64,000 nt of DNA. Source: Sulfitobacter sp. (GTDB taxonomy: Bacteria; Pseudomonadota; Alphaproteobacteria; Rhodobacterales; Rhodobacteraceae). Positions 38,877 to 48,324 of this stretch are shown here, piece by piece. The stretch spans positions 14,195 to 78,194 of the forward strand of contig JAGXFI010000065.1 in assembly GCA_024637305.1 (NCBI GenBank). The letters are read 5' to 3'. Made by a program: the position numbers and the translations under genes. Numbering within the stretch: the stretch's first letter is position 1; each line of letters opens with the position of its first letter. Under the pieces are notes generated by a model that searched no databases, was not told the DNA's origin, and saw only the letters and a program-made list of their open reading frames with translations.

Positions 38877-40994
38877 ATGTCGAAGCCATTTAGTTTTCCT
38901 TCGGGTCTTTCAAAGAAAATGCACCTTGCCATCGGAATCGACGGCAAGAGCGATGCTCCGATAAAGGCCGGTCGGAAAGAAATTGAAGTTGCGCCGATTG
39001 AGGGTGAAGCGCTCTCGGTTGAACAGGTGACTGTGTATGATAGCGGCATTGGCGAAGGCGGGTCGGAAGTCGTTTCGCATTTTGACGGCAGGCTTTACGT
39101 AACAAATGGCGAAGCCGACAGGATCGACGTGATCGACGTTGAAACGGGCGAACTTCTGAACTCCATCGACCTGACCGATATCCCCGGATATGACGGTCTC
39201 AACTCGGTTACGGCTTCCTCCAGCGGCATCGCTGTCGCTGTTGAGATCAAGAACGCCCAAGCGCCTGCGTCCCCTGTGCCGGTGGACGAAAACGGCGACG
39301 ATGCGACGCCGATTTTCACCGTAGACACCTCGCTCGCCAATGGCGTTGTCGCGATTTATGATCTTGATGGTACGCCCAAGGGCACGGTCGAGGTGGGCAA
39401 TCTGCCTGATATGGTGACCTATTCCCAAGATGGCACAATGATCTTTGTCGCCAACGAGGGCGAGCCGCAGTCCGGCCAGGACCCTGCGGGGTCGATCTCG
39501 ATCATCGACGTGCGGACGATGACCGCCCAGACCTTCGGTTTCGATGAGTTCAACGACCAGGTCGAGACCCTGAGAGAGGCCGGCGTCCGTATCTTCCCCG
39601 GTAAAACGCCCGGCACTGATTTTGAGCCGGAATACATCGCACAGTCGGGCAATCTTTTGTTTGTTACCCTGCAAGAGGCCAATGCCGTCGCGATCTTCGA
39701 CTTGAATATCATGGCGTGGGACAAGATCGTGCCGCTGGGAACACAGGATTATTCGAATGTACCACTCGATCCGCTGGATGATGGGCTGATCAATCGCGAT
39801 ACCTACGCGGGGCTGGTGGGCATGCGGATGCCCGATGCGCTGGCCGCGACCGAGATTGATGGTGTCAGCTATTTCCTGACGGCCAACGAAGGCGATGACC
39901 GAGGAGATTTCGACGAAGGAGGCGACGCGGCCCGTGTCGGGGATATTCTGGACGGCGATGTGGAAGGGGTATCTTTTGACGAGAGCGTGGTTACCGATGG
40001 TCTGGAGCGGCTCAATATCTCGATCTTCGACGGAGATACCGACGGCGACGGCGATATCGACATCATGCACGCCTATGGCTCCCGCTCGTTCACCATCTTC
40101 GACGCCGATGGAAATCTCGTGTTCGATTCCGGGGACGATTTCGAAAGGATCCTGTCCGAGATCGCGCCGGAACGCTTCAACAACGACGATGGCGAAACGC
40201 TGGGCGAGCTGGACGACGATGGCGATCTGATCGTTGACAACCGCTCGGACGCCAAGGGCCCCGAACCCGAGGCAATCGAGGTGGGCAAGATTGGTGATGC
40301 GACCTATGCATTCATCGGCCTGGAGCGTGACAGCGGCATCATGATCTACGATATTTCCGATCCGACGAATTCAGAGTTCGTGGACTATATCGACGGCCAT
40401 GCGCTGGGCAATGTCAGCCCCGAGATCATCGATTTCATCGCCCCACAGGACAGCGCCAGCGGCTATGCGCAGCTCGCGGTGTCCTACGAGGTTTCCGGAA
40501 CCACGGCAGTTTATGAACTGGCCTTTGGCTCTGAATTCTCCGGCACTAACGCTGCAGATGAGATCAACGGCACCATAGGCGACGACGTGGTGAACGCCGG
40601 ACGTGGCGCGGATGTGGTCGATGGTGGTGCCGGAGACGACATCATCCATGGTGGTCGTGGTGCAGACATCCTTGTGGGTGGCATGGGCGATGACATGATC
40701 CATGGCGGTCGCGGCGGGGACCTGATCAACGGTGGCACGGGCAATGATACAATGAGCGGCGGCCGTGGCTCGGACGTGTTCGAGTTCCAACTGGGCGATG
40801 GTGAAGACACAATCACCGACTTTGCGCGCAATGACATGATTGACATGACAGCGACGGGACTTTCCTTCGAAGATCTGACGATCACCGAAAGCAACAGCAT
40901 GTTCACCGTTGCATACGGCGATCAGGGAGACAGCATCGAGATCGCTCTCGTCGGTTCCCTCAGCGATCTGGGAGCGGACAACTTCGTGTTCTAA
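38877..40994 (+). CDS. Choice-of-anchor-I beta-propeller protein (alkaline-phosphatase-associated) with RTX Ca-binding tail
   Basis: VGNLPDMV, ANEGEP, FEPEYIA, TLQEAN, MPDAL, DNRSDAKGPEPE, GLERDSG; C-terminal GGxGxD repeats. Confidence 0.85.
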   Translation: MSKPFSFPSGLSKKMHLAIGIDGKSDAPIKAGRKEIEVAPIEGEALSVEQVTVYDSGIGEGGSEVVSHFDGRLYVTNGEADRIDVIDVETGELLNSIDLTDIPGYDGLNSVTASSSGIAVAVEIKNAQAPASPVPVDENGDDATPIFTVDTSLANGVVAIYDLDGTPKGTVEVGNLPDMVTYSQDGTMIFVANEGEPQSGQDPAGSISIIDVRTMTAQTFGFDEFNDQVETLREAGVRIFPGKTPGTDFEPEYIAQSGNLLFVTLQEANAVAIFDLNIMAWDKIVPLGTQDYSNVPLDPLDDGLINRDTYAGLVGMRMPDALAATEIDGVSYFLTANEGDDRGDFDEGGDAARVGDILDGDVEGVSFDESVVTDGLERLNISIFDGDTDGDGDIDIMHAYGSRSFTIFDADGNLVFDSGDDFERILSEIAPERFNNDDGETLGELDDDGDLIVDNRSDAKGPEPEAIEVGKIGDATYAFIGLERDSGIMIYDISDPTNSEFVDYIDGHALGNVSPEIIDFIAPQDSASGYAQLAVSYEVSGTTAVYELAFGSEFSGTNAADEINGTIGDDVVNAGRGADVVDGGAGDDIIHGGRGADILVGGMGDDMIHGGRGGDLINGGTGNDTMSGGRGSDVFEFQLGDGEDTITDFARNDMIDMTATGLSFEDLTITESNSMFTVAYGDQGDSIEIALVGSLSDLGADNFVF
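40542..40784 (+). repeat. Nine 27-bp RTX nonapeptide-coding repeats
   Basis: GTNAADEIN/GTIGDDVVN/AGRGADVVD/GGAGDDIIH/GGRGADILV/GGMGDDMIH/GGRGGDLIN/GGTGNDTMS/GGRGSDVFE. Confidence 0.85.
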
Positions 40995-41014
40995 TCGGGA
41001 CTCACTTTACAAAT

Positions 41015-41046
41015 CTGGGCGCGCGGGAGAAATCCCGCGCGCCCAG
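41015..41046. terminator. GC-rich hairpin after the RTX gene
   Basis: CTGGGCGCGCGGGA-gaaa-TCCCGCGCGCCCAG. Confidence 0.65.
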
Positions 41047-41286
41047 CGCTTGGGAAGGTGCACCAGGAACATCTGTTCCAATGGCAGCTTTGTCCGGCTC
41101 GGGCGCGAACGCCTGTAGCGCCAGTCTGGCCCCTGCCCGCGCAAAGGCAGCGGCACAGCCCGCCGCGATGGACAGCGCGTTGGCCGCACCGATCACAAGG
41201 CCGGCATGATCGCTCAAACACCCGGAATCATCTATTTTTGAAATATGTAGGTGCTCGGCGCAACGCACAGAACCTCGTATCCCGCC

Positions 41287-41807
41287 TTAGAGCGGCCCAT
41301 AGTCGTTCATGCCCAGATCACGATCTTCCGCACCGGGATTGCGCCAGGACAAGATGAACCCGGTATGCCTCCGGGCCACCAGCCAGCGCACGAGCGAATT
41401 TTGCCCTGACAGATCGAGAATGTAGTATTTCATGATCCAGGCTGGCACGATCAGGATCGGTTCGGGATGCACCGTTTCGGTCGTTGGGCTGTACTGGATC
41501 AACTCGCCAGATAGCTGCGCACGACAACCTTGCCCGGTGTTACGGCAAGATCTTGCCCGACGGTCAGTGCAGTGGCCGAAACTGGTGGCCCCGCCGCGAC
41601 AAGCCCAGGGGTTTGCGTGGCGCGCTCCAGCAGCTTGGCCTGTTTGCCGGGGGCTATGGCAAGATCCATCGACCAGTCCGCAAACGCCATCCAAAGCGCC
41701 GACGGGGCCATTCCACCCTTCATCTTTGAGATCATGACACCAGCAGCGGTATCGAGGAAATCATGATAGGTTTTTGGTGTTTCGGGCAGGGTTTCATCGT
41801 TTTGCAT
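41287..41807 (-). pseudogene. phaC: Degraded PHA synthase
   Basis: [13 protein letters not shown], then [13 protein letters not shown], a frameshift into [38 protein letters not shown], and a stop before the catalytic Cys. Confidence 0.85.
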
Positions 41808-42049
41808 CGGTCGTCCTTTACATAGCCCGCCTAGCAATAAATACCGAGTGCAACAGGAACTTTACAACCAGAACACTTGGCAATCCGTTTGAAGCCCGAT
41901 CAGAAAAGCGGGATCACCGGTGCGCAAATGACCGGTACCATCAACTTTCTTGGTGCCGGTTCTCTGGAACCCCAGCACCCAGTGATAAAATAGCGCTCAC
42001 GCCCTGTTACACGCATATCGCAACCCGTGACAGCGCCGCCACAGTGATC

Positions 42050-42283
42050 ATGACCTCTGGAACCCATCTGGTCTGGTATCTCCCGGCGCATTTGCCCGAT
42101 GCTGAAACATCCCAAGCCCTGGCGCGCGCGGTCGGCGTGAAAGTCTATACCATGATTCTGGAGACTGTGACCGGGCCAGGGTTTCTGTCCGATTGGAACC
42201 GTTACATCCTGTTGGGCTACGCCGATTTGCCGGAGCACGTCATAAAAGACGCTGTCGAACGTCTTGTCGGTGTGCGGCAATAG
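42050..42283 (+). pseudogene. C-terminal fragment of a MocR/GabR-type PLP regulator
   Basis: SGTHLVWYLP..ARAVGVKV..ILLGYADL..IKDAVERL matches the MocR C-terminus; no HTH or PLP core. Confidence 0.6.
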
Positions 42284-42514
42284 CAAAGCTTCATCCGGTT
42301 TGTTCTCCAAGCCGCCCTTGGCGCTGATGGCGTCGAATGATTGCGCACCGCCCTTTGCGGATGGTCATTGTGATGCCCGTTCCACTTGCAGCCATCGCCA
42401 AGGCGTAGAGCGGTCCGCCAACGGCAAGGGCTCTCACAACGCAACCTTGCGAAGTAGGTTTACCATCCGGCAAGGATACCAGAGCTTTCGCAATTCACAA
42501 AAGGCACCGCGCAT

Positions 42515-43147
42515 TCAGCCACCTTCCACGTCGGTGCCAGCGCCTGCGAACAACTGGATCATCTGCTTCAGGGCGCGGTCCGAGCGGGCGGCGATTGTGG
42601 GTTGATCAAGCGGGCCTAGGCGTCCGAGGGCTTGTTGCAGCGGGATTTCACCGAACAGCAGGCTGATATAGGCTTCGGTGGCGACGGAAGGATCGGTGTC
42701 TGCACGGAACCGGCCATCGGTCACGAGCCGGGACATGACTTTGGTGATCATTGCGATCATCTCCTGTCGCGCCGCCGTGTCGATCGCCGCGCCCAGAATT
42801 CCTGTCTCGCCGGCATCCGCGATGGCGGCGCGATTCATGATGATCGCTTTTTCACCTGTCGTGAACGCCAGCAACAGCGGACCAAGGGCCTTCAGCGCTT
42901 GCAGCGCATCGCCCTGCCCTTCCACCGTCTCGCGCAAGAGCGTCTTGACCAATTTCGCGTTCTCTTCAATCAGGCTTTGGAACAGCTTTTGCTTGTTGCC
43001 ATACCACGCATAAAGCGTCTGGTTAGACGCGGCCGCGCGTTTGGCGATCTGAAGCATGCTGGTGCTGCGATAGCCCTTTTCGGCCAGCAGCCCAAAGGCC
43101 GCCGCCTCGATCTCGCGCCGCCGGTCTTCGTTGCCGTCGATGGTCAT
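42515..43147 (-). CDS. TetR/AcrR family regulator
   Basis: TSMLQIAKRAAASNQTLYAWYGNK HTH. Confidence 0.9.
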   Translation of the reverse strand: MTIDGNEDRRREIEAAAFGLLAEKGYRSTSMLQIAKRAAASNQTLYAWYGNKQKLFQSLIEENAKLVKTLLRETVEGQGDALQALKALGPLLLAFTTGEKAIIMNRAAIADAGETGILGAAIDTAARQEMIAMITKVMSRLVTDGRFRADTDPSVATEAYISLLFGEIPLQQALGRLGPLDQPTIAARSDRALKQMIQLFAGAGTDVEGG

Positions 43148-43181
43148 TTTGTTCACCCGATAATCTGTCTTGACAGTAAGT

Positions 43182-43225
43182 GTACACATATGTACTCGTA
43201 GGTCAAGAAGGGTACACAGGTGTAC
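43182..43225. promoter_or_regulatory. Two TetR operators in a divergent promoter
   Basis: GTACAC-AT-ATGTAC (43182-43195) and GTACAC-AG-GTGTAC (43212-43225); TTGACA at 43170 and an opposite-strand TTGACC near 43201-43206. Confidence 0.75.
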
Positions 43226-43244
43226 GATCATGATGGGGATCAAC

Positions 43245-44096
43245 ATGCGAACAGCCAAAATCCTGACCCTTGCCACCAGCGCCGTCCTTGCTACTGCCAT
43301 AGCCTTTGTCGGCTGGTCGACTTGGCAAACCGAAGCCGATATAGCGGCCTTCCAATCGCGCATTGCCACCATCGGCACGGCCACTCCGGCGCGGGCTCTC
43401 GATCCCAACCTGATCGCGGAACTACCACTGCCAGTGCAGCGCTACTTCGCCTTTGTGTTCACCGGCCCGGTCCAGCACTTTGGCAGTGTCCATCTGGTAG
43501 CAGAGGGGCAGTTTCGCCGTCCGCTGACCGACGGGTTCAACCCCACCACCGCCGAACAGGTTGTCGCCATCGGCACACCTGCGCTGATGTTTTCGGCCAC
43601 CACCCCGGTCCTGCCCGGCATCTGGGCGCGGGCCTATGATTTCTTTGCTGATGGCACGATGGACATGCGGGCCAAGGTGCTGTCCACGCTGACCGTCATG
43701 GCGGAACGCGAAACGCCGGAGCTGAACCGCATCTCGTTGCGGCGCTGGCTACTGGAAAGCGCGCTTTATCCGCAAGCATTGCTACCCGGTGGTCCGGTAG
43801 TCTGGGTGCCGATCAACGACACCAGCGCGCGTGCCGTGGTGACGGACCGGGGCCAGACTGCCTCAATGATAGCGCATTTCGACGCGATGGGTCGCATGAC
43901 CAATATGGTGGCCGAGGAAGACGGCGACCTGGCCACCCCGTATCACGGATCGGGCGAGCATGTTGCGCGCAGCGATTACCGCGCTGTCGGCAATCAGATG
44001 ATCCCCCACGCCTTCACCATCTCCCGCGCGGCGGACGGCGAACTTTTTCCGTTCTGGGACGGGCGGATCACCGCGATCCGGTTTGAGCCTGAGTGA
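43245..44096 (+). CDS. DUF6544-like exported/membrane-anchored protein
   Basis: TM/signal, LPLPVQRYFAF, LYPQALLP, VWVPINDTSARA. Confidence 0.78.
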   Translation: MRTAKILTLATSAVLATAIAFVGWSTWQTEADIAAFQSRIATIGTATPARALDPNLIAELPLPVQRYFAFVFTGPVQHFGSVHLVAEGQFRRPLTDGFNPTTAEQVVAIGTPALMFSATTPVLPGIWARAYDFFADGTMDMRAKVLSTLTVMAERETPELNRISLRRWLLESALYPQALLPGGPVVWVPINDTSARAVVTDRGQTASMIAHFDAMGRMTNMVAEEDGDLATPYHGSGEHVARSDYRAVGNQMIPHAFTISRAADGELFPFWDGRITAIRFEPE

Positions 44097-44109
44097 AAGC
44101 GAGGCCACC

Positions 44110-44952
44110 ATGATCAAATACCCCCTCATCGTGCTCGGGCTGCTGGCCCTTGCGGTCGGCATCGGATTTCTGCACGCATCGCGCGAAAGTGCGCGGTTGA
44201 TCCAGACCCATATCACCGGCCCCGCGCCTGTCGTCACCATCGACCTGCGCCCTGCGACCTATGCCGATCTGCCGCCGCCCGTGCGCCGGTATTTCCACTT
44301 CGCGTTCAATGGCCAGACCGAGGTTACGCTGCGCGCCGTGACATGGCGCGAAAAGGGCCGTTTTCTACTGCCAGTAGGTGAATTCCGCGCTCATGGCCGG
44401 CAGACCAACCGGCCCGATATGCCGCTTTATGCCTGGACCGGTACCTTTCACCGGTTTGGCCTGCCGATTATCGAAAGCCGCGATGCGTTTCTCGGCGATC
44501 GCCACGACATGCGCGCCAAACTCTTCGGCTGGATGAAGGTGATGCAGACCGACTATGTTAAGCCCGATCAGATCGCCTCACTGCACAGCTATTTGACGCT
44601 GCGCTACTACGGGCAGGCCCCGGTCATGCCCTGGGCGCTCTTGCCGAATGAACATGTCGCGTGGGAGGCCCGCAATGAGGCGTCCGCACGGTTGCGCATC
44701 ACCCGCCCCGGGCTTGAGGGTGCCTATATCATCCGGTTCGGGGACGATGGCCGGATCACCGAAATGGCGACCGACCGTCTGCTGATGGAGGGCAACGGAA
44801 CAATGCAATTCGAAGTCGGCCAAAAGCTCGATTATCGCGAGGTGGGCGGGTTCATGGTGCCGACGCGGATGGACTATTTGTGGACTTTGGAGGACGGCAC
44901 GGTGTCGAGCCATTACCGCTTTGCCGTTCAAGATCTGGAGCGTTTGCCATGA
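44110..44952 (+). CDS. DUF6544-like exported/membrane-anchored protein (tandem paralog)
   Basis: TM/signal, LPPPVRRYFHFA, MPWALLP, VAWEARNEASAR. Confidence 0.78.
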   Translation: MIKYPLIVLGLLALAVGIGFLHASRESARLIQTHITGPAPVVTIDLRPATYADLPPPVRRYFHFAFNGQTEVTLRAVTWREKGRFLLPVGEFRAHGRQTNRPDMPLYAWTGTFHRFGLPIIESRDAFLGDRHDMRAKLFGWMKVMQTDYVKPDQIASLHSYLTLRYYGQAPVMPWALLPNEHVAWEARNEASARLRITRPGLEGAYIIRFGDDGRITEMATDRLLMEGNGTMQFEVGQKLDYREVGGFMVPTRMDYLWTLEDGTVSSHYRFAVQDLERLP

Positions 44953-45470
44953 GCGGGGCCGAGCCTTCCGGTCAGGCGGTCGCACTTGCCTTGCTTATCC
45001 TGACGCTGATGTTCTGCGGCGCGATGTTCGGATTCTTCTTCGCCTGGACCAGTTCCACGCTTTGGGGGCTAGATCGCATCGCGCCCGAGGTAGCGATCAC
45101 GGCGATGCAAGCGATGAACGCCGCCGTGCGCAACGCGGTTTTTGGCGTGCTCTTCTTTGGCACGCCACCCCTTATGGTGCTGACCACGGTTTGCCTGTTC
45201 GTGCGGGACAATCGACGCGCGGCTTTGCTGATGGCGCTCGCCAGCCTCATCTACATCGGCGGCGCGACGATCGTCACCGTCAGTGTCAACGTGCCGCTGA
45301 ACGAAGCCTTGGCCGCGCGTGTTCCCGGAGACGGCACGCCCGCCACAAGCCAGTGGCAAGCCTATTCCGCGCCCTGGCAACGCGCCAATCTGATCCGCAC
45401 CAGCGCATCCGGTGCCGCGCTGTTTCTCGCGGCCATCGCGCTGCACCTGTCACAAAAAAGGAACCCCTGA
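44949..45470 (+). CDS. DUF1772 / anthrone oxygenase family membrane protein
   Basis: AMQAMNAAV, NVPLNEAL, WQRANLIRT. Confidence 0.85.
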   Translation: MSGAEPSGQAVALALLILTLMFCGAMFGFFFAWTSSTLWGLDRIAPEVAITAMQAMNAAVRNAVFGVLFFGTPPLMVLTTVCLFVRDNRRAALLMALASLIYIGGATIVTVSVNVPLNEALAARVPGDGTPATSQWQAYSAPWQRANLIRTSASGAALFLAAIALHLSQKRNP

Positions 45471-46102
45471 TGGACCTGACGCTTCTTGCTTATGCTGCCA
45501 TCGTGCTGGTCGCCGTTGCCACGCCGGGACCGACCGTTCTGCTTGCGCTGTCCAATGGCTCGCGGCATGGCGTGACGCTCGCAGGCTACGGCATCGCGGG
45601 GGCGGCGCTTTCCGATCTTGTGTTGATCGGCGCGGTGTCGCTGGGCCTTGGCGCATTGCTCGCGACTTCGCAGGTCTGGTTTGACGTGCTGAAATGGTTG
45701 GGCGTGGCCTATCTGTGCTATCTTGGCATCCGCATTTTACGCCAATCGGCAAGTCCACAAACGATCGTGGCGCAGGATGTTGCCCGGTCGGACGGCCTGA
45801 CAAGATCCATATTACTGCGTAGCTTTCTAGTCGCGGTGACCAATCCCAAGGGGTACCTTTTCTTCACGGCCTTCCTGCCGCAATTCGTCGATCCTTTCGC
45901 CCCGTTGCTGGCGCAATATGCCGTCCTGACTCTGGTTTTCGTGGCAATCGACGTCGCAGTCATGGGGGCCTATGCGGTTCTCGGGGCCTCAACGGCCCGA
46001 AGGATGCGCGCAGGCGCGCAGCGGTGGATCGAGCGGCTATGCGGGTCGAGTTTTCTGCTTCTGGCCTTAGGGCTGGCGTTATATCGCAAGTCTGTAAGCT
46101 GA
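45470..46102 (+). CDS. LysE/RhtB family exporter
   Basis: TPGPTV, KWLGVAYLCYLG, TNPKG. Confidence 0.9.
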   Translation: MDLTLLAYAAIVLVAVATPGPTVLLALSNGSRHGVTLAGYGIAGAALSDLVLIGAVSLGLGALLATSQVWFDVLKWLGVAYLCYLGIRILRQSASPQTIVAQDVARSDGLTRSILLRSFLVAVTNPKGYLFFTAFLPQFVDPFAPLLAQYAVLTLVFVAIDVAVMGAYAVLGASTARRMRAGAQRWIERLCGSSFLLLALGLALYRKSVS

Positions 46103-46446
46103 CGCACTCACCGGACCCGATTCCACCGGCACCTTCACCCAGTTGGAGTTCGGTCACACCTCCCGAGATCCGCCCGACAAGACCCACGAAGGCAGAATCC
46201 CGATGCTTTCGGGTTGGTGCTCAACCTGACCCAAGGCGATGACGGCGATGGCATATTCGATGCGGATGATACCTTTTCTGCCGGGGATGCAAGGTTCGGC
46301 CATCTAACCTCTTGCCGATGCCCTCAATCCTATCGTCTCTTCCGGCGGTCAATTGGACGGTTTTCAGTCAACCGCCTAGGGTGGCGGAGGAGATTGAGGA
46401 TCACTTCGAATTCAAAGGCTACGTCAACCTGCAGATCCGATCACTC

Positions 46447-47145
46447 TCAGGTGTCATCCATACTGGTGACAATTCTGCCATCCTCCAGCGTCAGGATACG
46501 GTCCGCGCGGTCAAGGATCCGGTTGTCATGCGTCACCAGCAAGGTCGTCGTGCCCCGAGCCGCGCCAAGGCGTTTGAGCAGGTCGACCACATCGGCGGCG
46601 CTGTCCTTGTCAAGCGCGGCCGTCGGTTCGTCCGCAAACACCATTGCAGGGTTGCCAACGAGGGCGCGGGCCACAGCCACGCGCTGTTTCTGTCCGCCGG
46701 ACAGGTTGGCAGGCAGGTAGTCAAGCCGGTCAGACAGGCCCAGAAGGCCAAGCGCCTGTGCAGCGGCACGTCGCGCAAGATCATCTGTCACGCCGGGACG
46801 GACCTGCACACCCATGATGACATTCTGCATCGCTGTCAGGCTTTCGTGCAGATTGTGGGATTGGAAGATAAAGCCCAGCCGCTGGCGCAGCGCGGCCAGC
46901 TCCGCGTCACCCGCGCCCAGTAGCTCGTGCCCCATCAACCGCACGGAGCCGTCCTGCACCCCACGCAAACAGCCAAGCAGCGTCAGAACCGTGGTCTTGC
47001 CCGATCCTGACGGACCCATCAGCACGGTAAAACTGCCGCGCGGCAGGCTGAGATTGATGTCAAAGAGAACCTGCTTGCGCGCCTCACCGGTGCCAAACCA
47101 ATGGTTCATCCCGCGCGCCTCGACGATCATGGCGTTATCCATCAT
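46447..47145 (-). CDS. devA: ABC exporter ATPase (DevA-like)
   Basis: GPSGSGKT, LSGGQKQR, ADEPT. Confidence 0.85.
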   Translation of the reverse strand: MMDNAMIVEARGMNHWFGTGEARKQVLFDINLSLPRGSFTVLMGPSGSGKTTVLTLLGCLRGVQDGSVRLMGHELLGAGDAELAALRQRLGFIFQSHNLHESLTAMQNVIMGVQVRPGVTDDLARRAAAQALGLLGLSDRLDYLPANLSGGQKQRVAVARALVGNPAMVFADEPTAALDKDSAADVVDLLKRLGAARGTTTLLVTHDNRILDRADRILTLEDGRIVTSMDDT

Positions 47146-47151
47146 GGCTCC

Positions 47152-48324
47152 TCAAAACAGATCGGCAGGATCGGCCGCCGCAAGACGCCTTGTGGCAATG
47201 ACGCCGGACAGAACCGAAAAGAGCACCGTTCCCAGAAACACCGTCACCGCCATGCCGGTCGTCATGGCCAGCGGCAAGCTCGTGGCCTTGCCCATCAGCG
47301 TCAGAATAGCGGTGCCCACCGCCAGCCCCGGCAGAAAGCCGAGGATGCCAAGCACCAGCGCCTCTTCGACGACAATGCCGAGGAAAAACCCTGGGCCATA
47401 GCCCATCGCCTTGAAGGTCGCGTATTCACGCAGATGGTCGGCCACGTCGGCTGACAGCACCTGATAGACGATAACCAGCCCGACCAGCACGCCGATCAGC
47501 ACACCAAAGCCAAAGATGATGCCGGTGGGTCGCTTGGTCTGCTGATGGCGCAGGTCTTCCTGCGCGGCGTCGCCGTAGCTGCGGATACGCAGAGTGGTGT
47601 CCGATATCAGGCCGCGCAACCGGTCAACAACCGCCGCCACATCAGCACCGGGGCGCAGGCGCAGCAGGATATGATCCGGTGCAGATGAACTGCGGGATGT
47701 GAACAGCGACAGGAAGGTCTGATCGGAGACGAACATATACCCGTCCCCGCCAAACCCGCCGCCCCCCGCAAAGGTGGTCAGCGCCGTGAGCGTCCGGGTT
47801 TGCGTTTCGAAAGACAGCGGAGTTTGCGGACGGATCGCGGCAGCCTCATCCTTTGAAATGCCCCGCGCCAGACGGTCGAGGATCGCCACATCCTGCACCT
47901 GCAACAGCCCGATGTCGCCGGCGATCTGCGGTGCGATGAAGCCGGGCTGGCCCGGATCGACGCCAAAGGTGGTCAGGCTGATGTCCGTGTCGCCCCGGTT
48001 CAGCGGCGCGTTGGCGATGAACAGCCCCGTTCCTGCGATGACGTCCGGATCGGCAAAGGCCTGCAACATCCACTGTCGCGCGACATTGCCGCCCTCGGCC
48101 AGCGCATTCGCATCTGCCGCCGAGATCATGATGTCCGCATTGAAAAACGTGTAAGGGCGCAGCGTTGCCGTCGCCATCGAGTTCATGATGCCGAGCTGGA
48201 CAAATACCAGCACATTGGCGAAGGCCACGCCCGACAGCGCCGCGAAAAACCGCCCCCGCTTGTGCGTCAGCTGCAACCAGCCGATCGGCAGTCGACCGAA
48301 CAGCCATTGCAAAAGGCGGTTCAT
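47152..48324 (-). CDS. devC: ABC exporter permease (DevC/FtsX-like)
   Basis: WLQL..GVAFANVLVFVQLG, YQVLSADV..EYATFKAMG, ADPADLF. Confidence 0.85.
   Translation of the reverse strand: MNRLLQWLFGRLPIGWLQLTHKRGRFFAALSGVAFANVLVFVQLGIMNSMATATLRPYTFFNADIMISAADANALAEGGNVARQWMLQAFADPDVIAGTGLFIANAPLNRGDTDISLTTFGVDPGQPGFIAPQIAGDIGLLQVQDVAILDRLARGISKDEAAAIRPQTPLSFETQTRTLTALTTFAGGGGFGGDGYMFVSDQTFLSLFTSRSSSAPDHILLRLRPGADVAAVVDRLRGLISDTTLRIRSYGDAAQEDLRHQQTKRPTGIIFGFGVLIGVLVGLVIVYQVLSADVADHLREYATFKAMGYGPGFFLGIVVEEALVLGILGFLPGLAVGTAILTLMGKATSLPLAMTTGMAVTVFLGTVLFSVLSGVIATRRLAAADPADLF

Noticed and set aside
38910..40070. 386-aa antisense ORF, and similar long shadows such as 48324-49568, 25335-26741 and 28982-30235
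   Set aside because: Antisense shadows of real genes caused by GC-biased codon usage; no recognisable motifs.
40542..40784. 27-bp periodicity as a possible CRISPR or non-coding array
   Set aside because: In-frame RTX coding repeats with no spacers and no cas genes.
46103..46446. Coding-like scraps (..DDGDGIFDADDTF..) after lysE
   Set aside because: Probably relic DNA, but too degraded to assign to a family.
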